A DNA stretch of 15,430 bases from positions 1 to 15,430 of the forward strand of contig JBFXGD010000075.1 of the NCBI GenBank assembly GCA_050178385.1, written 5' to 3'. The position numbers and the translations under genes are program-made. The notes under the pieces were generated by a model that saw only the letters and a list, made by a program, of their open reading frames with translations, did no database searches and was not told the origin of the DNA. This DNA comes from Calditrichaceae bacterium. Its GTDB lineage: Bacteria > Calditrichota > Calditrichia > Calditrichales > JBFXGD01. Below, in pieces: positions 1 to 7,838 of this stretch. Position 1 is the stretch's first letter; each line of letters opens with the position of its first letter.

Positions 1-102
1 TTGAACTTTTTTTATTACAGACGTTAGTCATTGTAAAAAGTTTGCATTCGGGTTAATTTTTTTTAAAAATTACGATCATTTATTCTATAATAAAAGGGTC
101 TG

Positions 103-852
103 ATGACAAGCATCATTAAAACGCGGGGTATAGTTCTTAGCTCTATACGATGGCATGAATCAAGTAAGATAGTTACGCTTTATACAGAGAAGCTCGGCAA
201 AATAAAAGTAATAGCCCGCGGCGCGTTAAAAGATAAAAGCTCATTCAGAGGAGATTTAGAGGCATTAAATGAACTAAATGTCATAATTTCCGTCAAGCAG
301 GCGCGTTCTCTGCAGATACTGACTGAGACCGAATTAGCGGAAACTTTTAATGCAATCAAATCGGACTGGAACCGTCTGCCGATTGCATTGGCGATTTTGG
401 AATTAATAAATGAAGTATTCGATGAAGGACACGCTGATCAAATATTTTACGATTTTACGATTTCAGTCATTCGGCAGTCAGGGGAATTAAAAACTCCTAT
501 CATTGCATTCTGGTACTTTCTGCTTAAGTTATCTTCTTTTCTGGGATTTAAGCCGAATTTAAATAGCTGTCAGGTGTGCGGTACTGACAGGTTTGATTCA
601 GATGTGTTCTTTTCAATTGAACAGGGGGCGGTATTCTGCGATAATTGTGCAAGAGGCGCGGGACTTTCAATTAAGATCAACCCGGTTAATTTCGATTTCA
701 TACGAAAATTGCAGGACTATCATCATCAACAGCTTAAAAAATTTGAAGAACAATCCAAATTGTCATTTGATTTTACAAATATTCTAATTGATTACCTGAA
801 TCATCATATCGACAGCAAGATCGAACTCAATTCATTGAGTATGTTTTCCTGA
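103..852 (+). CDS. recO: DNA repair protein RecO
   Basis: 249 aa. N-terminal OB-fold pattern 'TRGIVLSSIRWHESSKIVTLYTEKLGKIKVIARGA', then 'FLLKLSSFLGFKPNLNSC' and a C4 zinc site (CQVC...GAVFCDNC), ending in 'HIDSKIELNSL'. These are typical RecO features. Confidence 0.95.
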   Translation: MTSIIKTRGIVLSSIRWHESSKIVTLYTEKLGKIKVIARGALKDKSSFRGDLEALNELNVIISVKQARSLQILTETELAETFNAIKSDWNRLPIALAILELINEVFDEGHADQIFYDFTISVIRQSGELKTPIIAFWYFLLKLSSFLGFKPNLNSCQVCGTDRFDSDVFFSIEQGAVFCDNCARGAGLSIKINPVNFDFIRKLQDYHHQQLKKFEEQSKLSFDFTNILIDYLNHHIDSKIELNSLSMFS

Positions 853-918
853 TATAAAAATCCGGTTTTTTAGATCTGAGATAACAGATAAATCTTGATT
901 CTATAACGATTTCAGCCG

Positions 919-933
919 TCATAATTATTATGA
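919..933. promoter_or_regulatory. Perfect 7-1-7 palindrome TCATAAT-T-ATTATGA (candidate operator) upstream of glyQS
   Basis: The inverted repeat is read directly from the sequence. It overlaps a -10-like CATAAT (920-925), with TTGATT at 895-900 (19-nt spacer, suboptimal). Function is inferred only. Confidence 0.35.
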
Positions 934-982
934 AATTTATGATTAATATTTTATATTGTTATTCTGTTGAAACAAAATACAT

Positions 983-988
983 AGGAGG
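983..988 (+). promoter_or_regulatory. Shine-Dalgarno site of glyQS
   Basis: AGGAGG lies 6 nt upstream of the GTG start at 995. Confidence 0.8.
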
Positions 989-994
989 CGATGA

Positions 995-2305
995 GTGGCT
1001 ACTCAGTCTGATAATAAAATAATGGAAAAGATCGTATCTCTTGCCAAACGCCGCGGATACATCTTCCAGAGCAGTGAAATTTACGGTGGAATCAACTCTT
1101 GTTATGATTACGGTCCGCTTGGCATCGAAATGAAGAAAAATATAAAAGAGTTATGGTGGAAAAGCATGGTTTATGAGCGGGATGATATTGAGGGTATAGA
1201 TGCCAGTATCCTGATGCATCCGAAAGTGTGGGAAGCATCCGGCCATGTGGAAGGATTCACCGATCCACTTATTGACTGCAAAATCTGTAAATCACGGTTC
1301 CGCGCAGATCAGATAGATACTTCAAAGCCATGTCCGGTATGCGGCAACAGAGAATCATTCACCGAGTCCCGCCAGTTTAACCTTATGTTCAAGACTTTTA
1401 TGGGCCCGCTGGAAGATTCCGCCAATGTTATTTTTCTGCGTCCTGAAACAGCGCAGGGTATTTTTGTCAATTTCCACAATGTCCGGGAAGCCGCGCGGCA
1501 AAAACTGCCGTTTGGGATTGCTCAGATCGGAAAAGCATTCCGAAATGAAATTACGCCGGGAAACTTTACATTCAGAACCCGTGAATTTGAACAGATGGAG
1601 ATGCAGTATTTTGTAAATCCCGGGGAAGATGACAAGTGGTTTGAATATTGGAAAGAGAAACGGATGAGCTGGTACGAAAGGCTCGGCTTGCCAAGTGAAA
1701 AACTGCGGTTCCATCCTCATGGTGAAAATGAACTTGCGCATTACGCGAAAAGCGCGGTCGATATTGAATATCAGTTCCCTTTTGGATGGCAGGAAATCGA
1801 AGGTGTCCATAACCGGACAGATTTCGATCTTGGCCGGCATAAAGAATATTCGGGTAAAGATTTAAGATATTATGACGATCAATTAAAAGAAAAGTTTATT
1901 CCCTATGTAATTGAGACGTCGATTGGTTGCGATCGTTCATTGCTAACTTGTTTAATCGATGCCTATACCGAAGAAGAGGAGCGTGTGGTCCTGAAATTAG
2001 CTCCGTCAATCGCACCAATAAAAGTGGCTGTATTTCCATTAGTGAATCGGGATGGGATGCCTGAGATTGCTCAGAATATTTGCAGCGAGCTAAGAGGAGA
2101 TTATCGGGTGTTTTACGACAACAGCGGATCGATCGGCCGGAGGTACCGCCGACAGGATGAAGCAGGTACACCATTTTGCCTGACTGTTGACACAGAAACC
2201 CTTGAAAACAATACAGTTACGGTGCGTTACAGAGACAGTATGGAGCAAAAGAGAGTTGAGATAAATAATCTTAAGTCATTTTTGGCGGAAGAATTAAAGT
2301 TTTAA
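995..2305 (+). CDS. glyQS: Glycine--tRNA ligase, homodimeric alpha2 type
   Basis: 436 aa with class II aaRS motifs 'SSEIYGG...YDYGPLG', 'VWEASGHV', 'FNLMF', '[10 protein letters not shown]', '[24 protein letters not shown]', 'LAHYA', '[12 protein letters not shown]', and an anticodon-binding domain '[18 protein letters not shown]'. A CxxC...CxxC insertion is present. GTG start with a strong SD. Confidence 0.97.
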   Translation: MATQSDNKIMEKIVSLAKRRGYIFQSSEIYGGINSCYDYGPLGIEMKKNIKELWWKSMVYERDDIEGIDASILMHPKVWEASGHVEGFTDPLIDCKICKSRFRADQIDTSKPCPVCGNRESFTESRQFNLMFKTFMGPLEDSANVIFLRPETAQGIFVNFHNVREAARQKLPFGIAQIGKAFRNEITPGNFTFRTREFEQMEMQYFVNPGEDDKWFEYWKEKRMSWYERLGLPSEKLRFHPHGENELAHYAKSAVDIEYQFPFGWQEIEGVHNRTDFDLGRHKEYSGKDLRYYDDQLKEKFIPYVIETSIGCDRSLLTCLIDAYTEEEERVVLKLAPSIAPIKVAVFPLVNRDGMPEIAQNICSELRGDYRVFYDNSGSIGRRYRRQDEAGTPFCLTVDTETLENNTVTVRYRDSMEQKRVEINNLKSFLAEELKF

Positions 2306-2309
2306 GATG

Positions 2310-2350
2310 AGACGATACAGGCTCATAGCTGAACCTGTATCGCCTGTTTA
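2310..2350. terminator. Stem-loop after glyQS (probable intrinsic terminator)
   Basis: CGATACAGG (2313-2321) pairs with CCTGTATCG (2334-2342), with an inner TCA/TGA pair around a 4-nt loop. It starts a few nt after the glyQS stop and is followed by a weak U-tract (CTGTTTAAT). Confidence 0.6.
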
Positions 2351-2371
2351 ATAGAATGAAAAGAGTACTGA

Positions 2372-3460
2372 ATGGTCAACGGATTCCTGAAATCTTTAGG
2401 AAAACTGATAGTCATTGAAATTTTGTATCTGTTGTTTTTCTGGATCATGTTTTCTGTTATTCCACACCGGGCTGTGGAAGTAATTACGTTTTTAAATTTC
2501 AATTTGTACTTTCTTATTTTTGTGGTTATTTGGTTTTCACTTCCTTTTACGGTGGCCAATAAACCATTGGTAAAATTGTTTTTATTGCAATTCCTGTTAT
2601 ATGCCTTCGGACCGTTGTTTTTGGTTTTTGTCGGTGATGAGGCCGGTTTTCTTTCTGACAATATGGCAAATATTCTTTATATCTATCAGTATATTCTTCT
2701 AAACGGATTTAACCTGCTGGTTACTTTGTTCATATTTATATATGCTGTTCTTCCGGGAAAGGAATCTAAAATAATTTTACGCAGAGCGGTTATTTTAAGC
2801 TTGATTATTACCACGGGAATATATTTTAATATAATTTTCTCCGTGGAGTCGTTAGGATATGAAAATTATTATGATTATTATCAGAAGTTTTTTACGAATA
2901 ATTACTATATTAATATTCTGAATTTTTCGTTTTTATTTATTGTCTGGGTTTATTATCAACAGGGAAGATTCATTTTTTCAGATTATCTGACGTCCATTCT
3001 CTCTCTTTTTACTCTCGTGATTATTTTAGAGATTTTTCATTCGTTTAATTTGACGAGCGGTAGTCATTATTTTACATATGGACAATATTTTAACGTTATT
3101 TTAAATTCAGGCTTATTGATGCTGTGGTTGATAAGGTTCAGATATCTGATGACGTCCGAGGCAAAGGAAAACGAAAGATATGTGATAAATTACGAATTGC
3201 TGCATGGATATGTTGAAAAGCCGCGCAGAGGAATTCTTACAAATCTGGCGATCAGGATAGGGAGAAGAAACCTGTTAATAAGCGCGGTGGGTCTTATGCT
3301 GATTCTGGCAATACCCGTCATTGCGCTTGATAAGCAAAACAGTTTTGTAAGATTAAATATTTTGATTCTGACGATATCATTACTGGTCCTGATCATTTCC
3401 GGTTTTGTATACTTACAAAGGCGGTGGTTTAAGTCTATAGGTTTTCTCTTTAAAAAATAG
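2372..3460 (+). CDS. Uncharacterised polytopic membrane protein (~10 predicted TM segments)
   Basis: 362-aa ORF filling the gap between glyQS and the kinase. About 8 hydrophobic segments, a charged ~45-aa loop (RFRYLMTSEAKENERY...KPRRG), 2 more hydrophobic segments and a basic C-terminal tail. No family recognised. Confidence 0.8.
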   Translation: MVNGFLKSLGKLIVIEILYLLFFWIMFSVIPHRAVEVITFLNFNLYFLIFVVIWFSLPFTVANKPLVKLFLLQFLLYAFGPLFLVFVGDEAGFLSDNMANILYIYQYILLNGFNLLVTLFIFIYAVLPGKESKIILRRAVILSLIITTGIYFNIIFSVESLGYENYYDYYQKFFTNNYYINILNFSFLFIVWVYYQQGRFIFSDYLTSILSLFTLVIILEIFHSFNLTSGSHYFTYGQYFNVILNSGLLMLWLIRFRYLMTSEAKENERYVINYELLHGYVEKPRRGILTNLAIRIGRRNLLISAVGLMLILAIPVIALDKQNSFVRLNILILTISLLVLIISGFVYLQRRWFKSIGFLFKK

Positions 3461-3471
3461 GTCTTTCGGCG

Positions 3472-4998
3472 ATGTTCCTTAGGAAAAAAAGTCAGCCCCA
3501 TAATACCAGGCTCACCACGTTGGTTGATGAACTCCAGGATGGATTTTGTACCATTCGTCTCAACGGAGATTTTATCTACATGAACAGATCGGCAAGAAAC
3601 CTATTTGCGTTTAGTGATGATCCGTATGACTATAATTTTTTCCGTGACTGTATCCGTAATGAAGTGATTATCAACAAAATGAAGATAAATTTTGTTGAAA
3701 AAGATTACCTGAAAGATATTGAAATAGATCTCTACAATACAAAGAATCAAAAATTTCCAACAATACTGACTCTAAATCTGATTCGTGATCTCCGGGGCAA
3801 TACTATTGGAATGGCGGCTTTGATAAAGGACATGACAGCCTTTAAGAACATGCAGACCCAGCTTCTGCAAGCGCAGAAAATGGAAAGTATCGGTTTGCTT
3901 GCAAGCGGTATTGCTCATGAGTTTAATAATATTTTATCCGGGATTATGCCGAATGCCGAACTGATTAAGATGACAACGGATAAAGAAAGTCAAAACCACG
4001 CGCGAGCTGAATCAATCGAAAAATCAGCTCAGAGGGCCGCGAATATTGTCAAACAGCTGCTAAGTTTTGCCAGAACCGATAAGTTTGACGATGATGTCTC
4101 ACTGGATCTAAAACAGTCTGTAACTGAAACTCTCGAAATTATGGGCAAATTATTCAACAAAAATATCACAATCGAAAATAAACTCCCTATGGATTTGTAC
4201 CCGGTTAAAGCTGACCCGACACGAGTTCAGCAAATTGTGATGAATCTTGCCATTAATGCCAAAGACGCGATTAAGGATGTCAGTGGATTTATATCCTTCA
4301 AGGCTGAAAATATTATTATTAAAGAAAATTACACAGAGAATATAAAGTTGCCCAGCGGAAAATATGTCAAGATGATAGTGTCAGACACAGGAGGGGGAAT
4401 TCCTCCTCATGTAATAGATAAAATTTTTGATCCGTTTTTCACGACTAAGAGCCCGGGAAAAGGGACAGGGTTGGGGCTATCGACTGTATATGGAATTGTT
4501 AAAAATATTAACGGTGAAATAAAGGTATTTAGTGAATTGAATAAAGGGACCCGATTTGAGATATATCTGCCAGCGAGCGAGAAAGCGGCAGTGAATGATG
4601 AAACCAGCTTTGAAATGACGGTGTTGGATGAAATAAAAACCGTTCTGGTAGTCGATGATGAAGATATGATCAGGGAAATGACAAAAGATATGCTTAATTA
4701 TTTCGGATATGAAGTTCTCATAGCGAAAAATGGTATGGAAGCATTAAATATTTTTAAGAATCAGAGTGAAAAAATTGATATCGTATTACTTGATCTTATT
4801 ATGCCAAAAATGAATGGTGTTGTGTGCTTTGAAAAAATACGCGAGATAAAAAGTGACGTGCCGGTGATTATTACATCAGGTGTGGGTGAGGCGGACAAAA
4901 GAGATGATTTGTTAAGAATGGGTGTGACAGCATATCTCGAGAAACCATATACAATTAAAGTTCTGGCTGATAAATTCAAGGAAATTTTTAAAGTATAA
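3472..4998 (+). CDS. PAS-domain hybrid sensor histidine kinase/response regulator (PAS-HisKA-HATPase_c-REC)
   Basis: PAS ('LVDELQDGFCTIRLNGDFIYMNRSARNLF'...'IKDMT'), H-box 'LASGIAHEFNNIL', N-box 'QIVMNLAINAKDA', G1 'DTGGGI', F-box 'FDPFFTTK', G2 'GKGTGLGLS', and a receiver with 'VLVVDDE', 'LLDLIMPKMNG' and 'KPY'. No TM segment. Confidence 0.95.
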   Translation: MFLRKKSQPHNTRLTTLVDELQDGFCTIRLNGDFIYMNRSARNLFAFSDDPYDYNFFRDCIRNEVIINKMKINFVEKDYLKDIEIDLYNTKNQKFPTILTLNLIRDLRGNTIGMAALIKDMTAFKNMQTQLLQAQKMESIGLLASGIAHEFNNILSGIMPNAELIKMTTDKESQNHARAESIEKSAQRAANIVKQLLSFARTDKFDDDVSLDLKQSVTETLEIMGKLFNKNITIENKLPMDLYPVKADPTRVQQIVMNLAINAKDAIKDVSGFISFKAENIIIKENYTENIKLPSGKYVKMIVSDTGGGIPPHVIDKIFDPFFTTKSPGKGTGLGLSTVYGIVKNINGEIKVFSELNKGTRFEIYLPASEKAAVNDETSFEMTVLDEIKTVLVVDDEDMIREMTKDMLNYFGYEVLIAKNGMEALNIFKNQSEKIDIVLLDLIMPKMNGVVCFEKIREIKSDVPVIITSGVGEADKRDDLLRMGVTAYLEKPYTIKVLADKFKEIFKV

Positions 4999-5030
4999 AA
5001 CAGGTATAAAGCGGAAGCCCTATACCTGTT
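4999..5030. terminator. Hairpin terminator between convergent operons (probably bidirectional, stronger on the - strand)
   Basis: AACAGGTATA (4999-5008) pairs with TATACCTGTT (5021-5030). On the - strand the stem extends through two G-U pairs and two G-C pairs to a 4-nt loop and runs into TTTTATACTTT. It lies in the 47-nt gap between two convergent stop codons. Confidence 0.75.
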
Positions 5031-5045
5031 GTGTCGGTATCGTTC

Positions 5046-6173
5046 TCAGGAATAAAATTCAGCAATACTGTCCAGCACATAATCTTTTTGTGCATCTGTC
5101 AGTTCAGGATAGATGGGGACAGCCAAAGAATTATCAGCAATAGCCTCTGCGACCGGAAATGCGCCTTTTTTGTATCCAAGATAATTAAAACATTCCTGAT
5201 TATTGAAGCAAACCGGATAATATATTTCACACCCGATATTTTTACTCTGAAGAAATTTCAATAACTCATCACGATTCTCAACAAGAATAATATACTGATT
5301 GAAAATATGCCTGTATCCTTCAATCCTAACAGGTGTTTTAACCTTATTCAGAAGGTTACGATTTTTTATTCCCGCATCATAATAATCAGCATTTTTTTGT
5401 CTGCCGGCAGTCCATTCATCCAAGTATTTAAGTTTTACATCCAAAACAACAGCCTGCAGCGAATCCAGCCTGAAATTGCCACCTATCATCTTGTGGTAAT
5501 ATTTTGGATGGGCGCCATGATTTCTTAAATAGGTGAGTTTAGTGAATAAGTTTTCATCATTGGTGGTCACAAGTCCGCCGTCGCCGAATCCACCCAGATT
5601 TTTGCTGGGGAAAAACGAGAAACAGCCTATGTGACCAATCGAACCGGCTCTTCTCCCATCTTTGTATTCAGAACCGATTGCCTGAGCGGCATCTTCGATG
5701 ACATACAGGTTGTGTTTATTCGCGATCTCCATTATTGGATCCATATCCGCCAGCTGGCCATAAAGATGGACAGGAATAATTGCTTTTGTCCTTTTTGTTA
5801 TGGCGGATTCAATTTTTGACGGATCAATATTATAACTTTCAGAATCAATATCTACAAATACAGGGACAGCATTCATGCGTGAAATGCACCCGGCTGTGGC
5901 AAAAAATGAATATGTTGTTGTGATAACTTCATCCCCTGGCTGCAGATCAATAGCCATCAGGGCGATTAATAACGCGTCGGTACCTGATGAAATGCCAAGC
6001 GCGTATTTTGATTGACAGTAAGCGGCTATCGTATCTTCGAAGGCTTTTACCTTAGGCCCCAATATAAAGTATTGCGATTCGATTAACTCTTTCACAACCG
6101 GTTCAATTTCATCACGGATAGCGCCGTACTGCGCTTTTAGATCCAATAATGGAACATTTGTAACTTTTTCCAA
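5046..6173 (-). CDS. DegT/DnrJ/EryC1/StrS family PLP-dependent sugar aminotransferase (WbpE-like)
   Basis: 375 aa with 'VPLLDLKAQY', 'SSGTDALLIALMA', 'AIIPVHLYGQ', 'IEDAAQAIG', the PLP-lysine motif 'FSFFPSKNLGGFGDGG' and 'GGNFRLDSLQA'. TTG start with AGGAGA 7 nt upstream (6186-6181). Confidence 0.95.
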   Translation of the reverse strand: MEKVTNVPLLDLKAQYGAIRDEIEPVVKELIESQYFILGPKVKAFEDTIAAYCQSKYALGISSGTDALLIALMAIDLQPGDEVITTTYSFFATAGCISRMNAVPVFVDIDSESYNIDPSKIESAITKRTKAIIPVHLYGQLADMDPIMEIANKHNLYVIEDAAQAIGSEYKDGRRAGSIGHIGCFSFFPSKNLGGFGDGGLVTTNDENLFTKLTYLRNHGAHPKYYHKMIGGNFRLDSLQAVVLDVKLKYLDEWTAGRQKNADYYDAGIKNRNLLNKVKTPVRIEGYRHIFNQYIILVENRDELLKFLQSKNIGCEIYYPVCFNNQECFNYLGYKKGAFPVAEAIADNSLAVPIYPELTDAQKDYVLDSIAEFYS

Positions 6174-6210
6174 AATTTATTCTCCTGATTTAATTCTTAA
6201 ATATATTGAT

Positions 6211-6225
6211 TTGTTACTGTAACAA
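6211..6225. promoter_or_regulatory. Perfect 7-1-7 palindrome TTGTTAC-T-GTAACAA (candidate operator) upstream of the aminotransferase
   Basis: Inverted repeat read directly in the 99-nt intergenic region, 37 nt upstream of the TTG start. Function is inferred only. Confidence 0.35.
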
Positions 6226-6272
6226 TGAGTTCAAATTTACATACAAACAATTCTAATTAAAATGCTTTATTC

Positions 6273-7757
6273 TTAAAAGTATTTTTTTATCCCCGGGATT
6301 AATCGGAATACCTTGATAGAAATGGATTTTAGGCGATCCAGCTCAATTTGCTCATAAAAATTGAGTAAGAATAATGCGAATGGGAATAATAATACTAATG
6401 ATAATTTAAAACTATAATTGATAACTCCCGAGATTGGAGAATATAAAGTTGTAAGAATATAAAAAATAATTCCAACGGAAAGAATCTTCAATAATTTCAA
6501 GTTTTCAAATGGTATTTTGTAAAGTCTGTTCGAAAAATAATATGAGCAGATAAAGAGTATTATATAGGAAATCAGCGTGGCATATGCCGCGCCCATCATC
6601 CGGTATTTTGGAATAAGGTATAAATTGATTCCTACGTTTGCGATAAATGCGATAAGATAATTTGTAGCGTGGTAGCCGGTTTTTCTTTTCAGAATAATAC
6701 TAATAGACGCAACGGAACTCGCGCCGCTGAAAATGTACGCGAGAATTATTATCGGTACAACCTTGGCCGCGGGCCAATAACTCGAGTCATTTGCAAAAAA
6801 TTTGATGAGATCTTCATTAAAAAATGCTAATCCTAATCCTGCCCAGGTTAGGATAAAAATAAAATATGTCATAATCTTGCTATAATAACGCAGATCTCCC
6901 TGCTTACCGTATTTTTTGAAAGCGAGAGGCATGATGCCAAGCATAAAGGATTGAATTAAGAAAACATTCAAAATTCCCGCGATTTTATACCCTAAGTTAT
7001 AAAGCCCGACTTCCTCATAATTCACAAGTAGTTTTAGCAGATATCGATCACCCATACTCAGGAGCATTGACGCGAGTGATGAAAAAATTAATGGTAAACC
7101 GAAGTAAAACGATTCTTTCCAGATAGAAAGATCTATTTTAAACTTCATGTTTGAGATTGATGGAAACAGGAGAATCAGCGTCAGTAAAATTTCTCCAATC
7201 AGATAGGCATAAAGAATTCCGCTGATGCCGATTTTCAGATATGCCACAAAATATATATTCAAAGCTAATATTACTGTTAATTGAGTGATGTTTGATGCCG
7301 CGTAGATAACCGATTTTTCTCTGACCCGCAGATCATTTAATAACAGATTATTTATTACTCTGAAAAAAATTATACCTGAAGAAATTTGAAAGTAAAGTTT
7401 AAATAAAGATGGCGTCTCAAAAAACGACGATAAAGGGCCTGAAAAAGAAAAGAATATCATCGTTACTGAAAATGTGGACAAAACCAGCATCACAAAAATA
7501 GAAAAAAATACTATTTTTCTTTTATTCTCATAACCTTTTCTGTGGTAATAACTCATGAGAGATGTACTTTGTCCAAAAATTAAAACCTGAGCCGCGATTA
7601 AAAAGGTAATCTCTAATACACCCAGGATACCGTATTCGGTAACCGAGATGTGCGCGGTGTATAAGGGAAGGAGAACAATACCGATCAACTTTGTCGCGAA
7701 AGATCCAATACTATAAATTGCGGTATGCTTTAATGTCTCTTTTATATTATTTAACAT
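6273..7757 (-). CDS. wzx: Wzx/MOP-superfamily oligosaccharide flippase
   Basis: 494 aa with many TM segments. Typical motifs 'KHTAIYSIGSF...LLPLYT...EYG', 'FGLPLIFSSLA...GDRYLL...EVGLYNLGYKIA' and 'NLYLIPKYRMMGAAYATLISY'. Sits in a glycan cluster. Confidence 0.88.
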   Translation of the reverse strand: MLNNIKETLKHTAIYSIGSFATKLIGIVLLPLYTAHISVTEYGILGVLEITFLIAAQVLIFGQSTSLMSYYHRKGYENKRKIVFFSIFVMLVLSTFSVTMIFFSFSGPLSSFFETPSLFKLYFQISSGIIFFRVINNLLLNDLRVREKSVIYAASNITQLTVILALNIYFVAYLKIGISGILYAYLIGEILLTLILLFPSISNMKFKIDLSIWKESFYFGLPLIFSSLASMLLSMGDRYLLKLLVNYEEVGLYNLGYKIAGILNVFLIQSFMLGIMPLAFKKYGKQGDLRYYSKIMTYFIFILTWAGLGLAFFNEDLIKFFANDSSYWPAAKVVPIIILAYIFSGASSVASISIILKRKTGYHATNYLIAFIANVGINLYLIPKYRMMGAAYATLISYIILFICSYYFSNRLYKIPFENLKLLKILSVGIIFYILTTLYSPISGVINYSFKLSLVLLFPFALFLLNFYEQIELDRLKSISIKVFRLIPGIKKYF

Positions 7758-7838
7758 TCTTTACTGTTTTACCTGTTCTGTGTGGATATTTGACCGGTCT
7801 GATCCATTTCTATTCTATAATATGATTATTTATGCTTA

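Noticed and set aside
42..91. Sigma70-like promoter for recO (TTGCAT 42-47, TATAAT 86-91)
   Set aside because: The two hexamers are 38 nt apart, and neither has a convincing partner at 16-18 nt spacing. The context is AT-rich.
853..994. T-box riboswitch or other structured leader upstream of glyQS
   Set aside because: Too short and AT-rich. No GGTGGNACC-type T-box motif and no GC-rich terminator.
991..1011. Out-of-frame mini-ORF ATG AGT GGC TAC TCA GTC TGA (MSGYSV) with a Gly codon, overlapping the glyQS start; considered as a leader peptide
   Set aside because: The ATG is only 2 nt from the SD, while the in-frame GTG is at the optimal 6 nt. There is a single Gly codon and no attenuator structure.
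1355..2174. Antisense or alternative-frame ORFs at 1355-1840, 1425-1616 and 1896-2174
   Set aside because: Fully inside the highly conserved glyQS and without recognisable motifs, so treated as shadow ORFs.
2323..3501. Antisense ORFs 2323-2661 and 3190-3501
   Set aside because: Their K/N/I-rich composition is the expected mirror of a T-rich membrane-protein gene. No motifs.
7783..7806. Imperfect inverted repeat TGGAT...GACCGGTC...ATCCA between the methyltransferase and wzx
   Set aside because: Asymmetric, short arms and no U-tract on the coding strand, so not distinguishable from chance.
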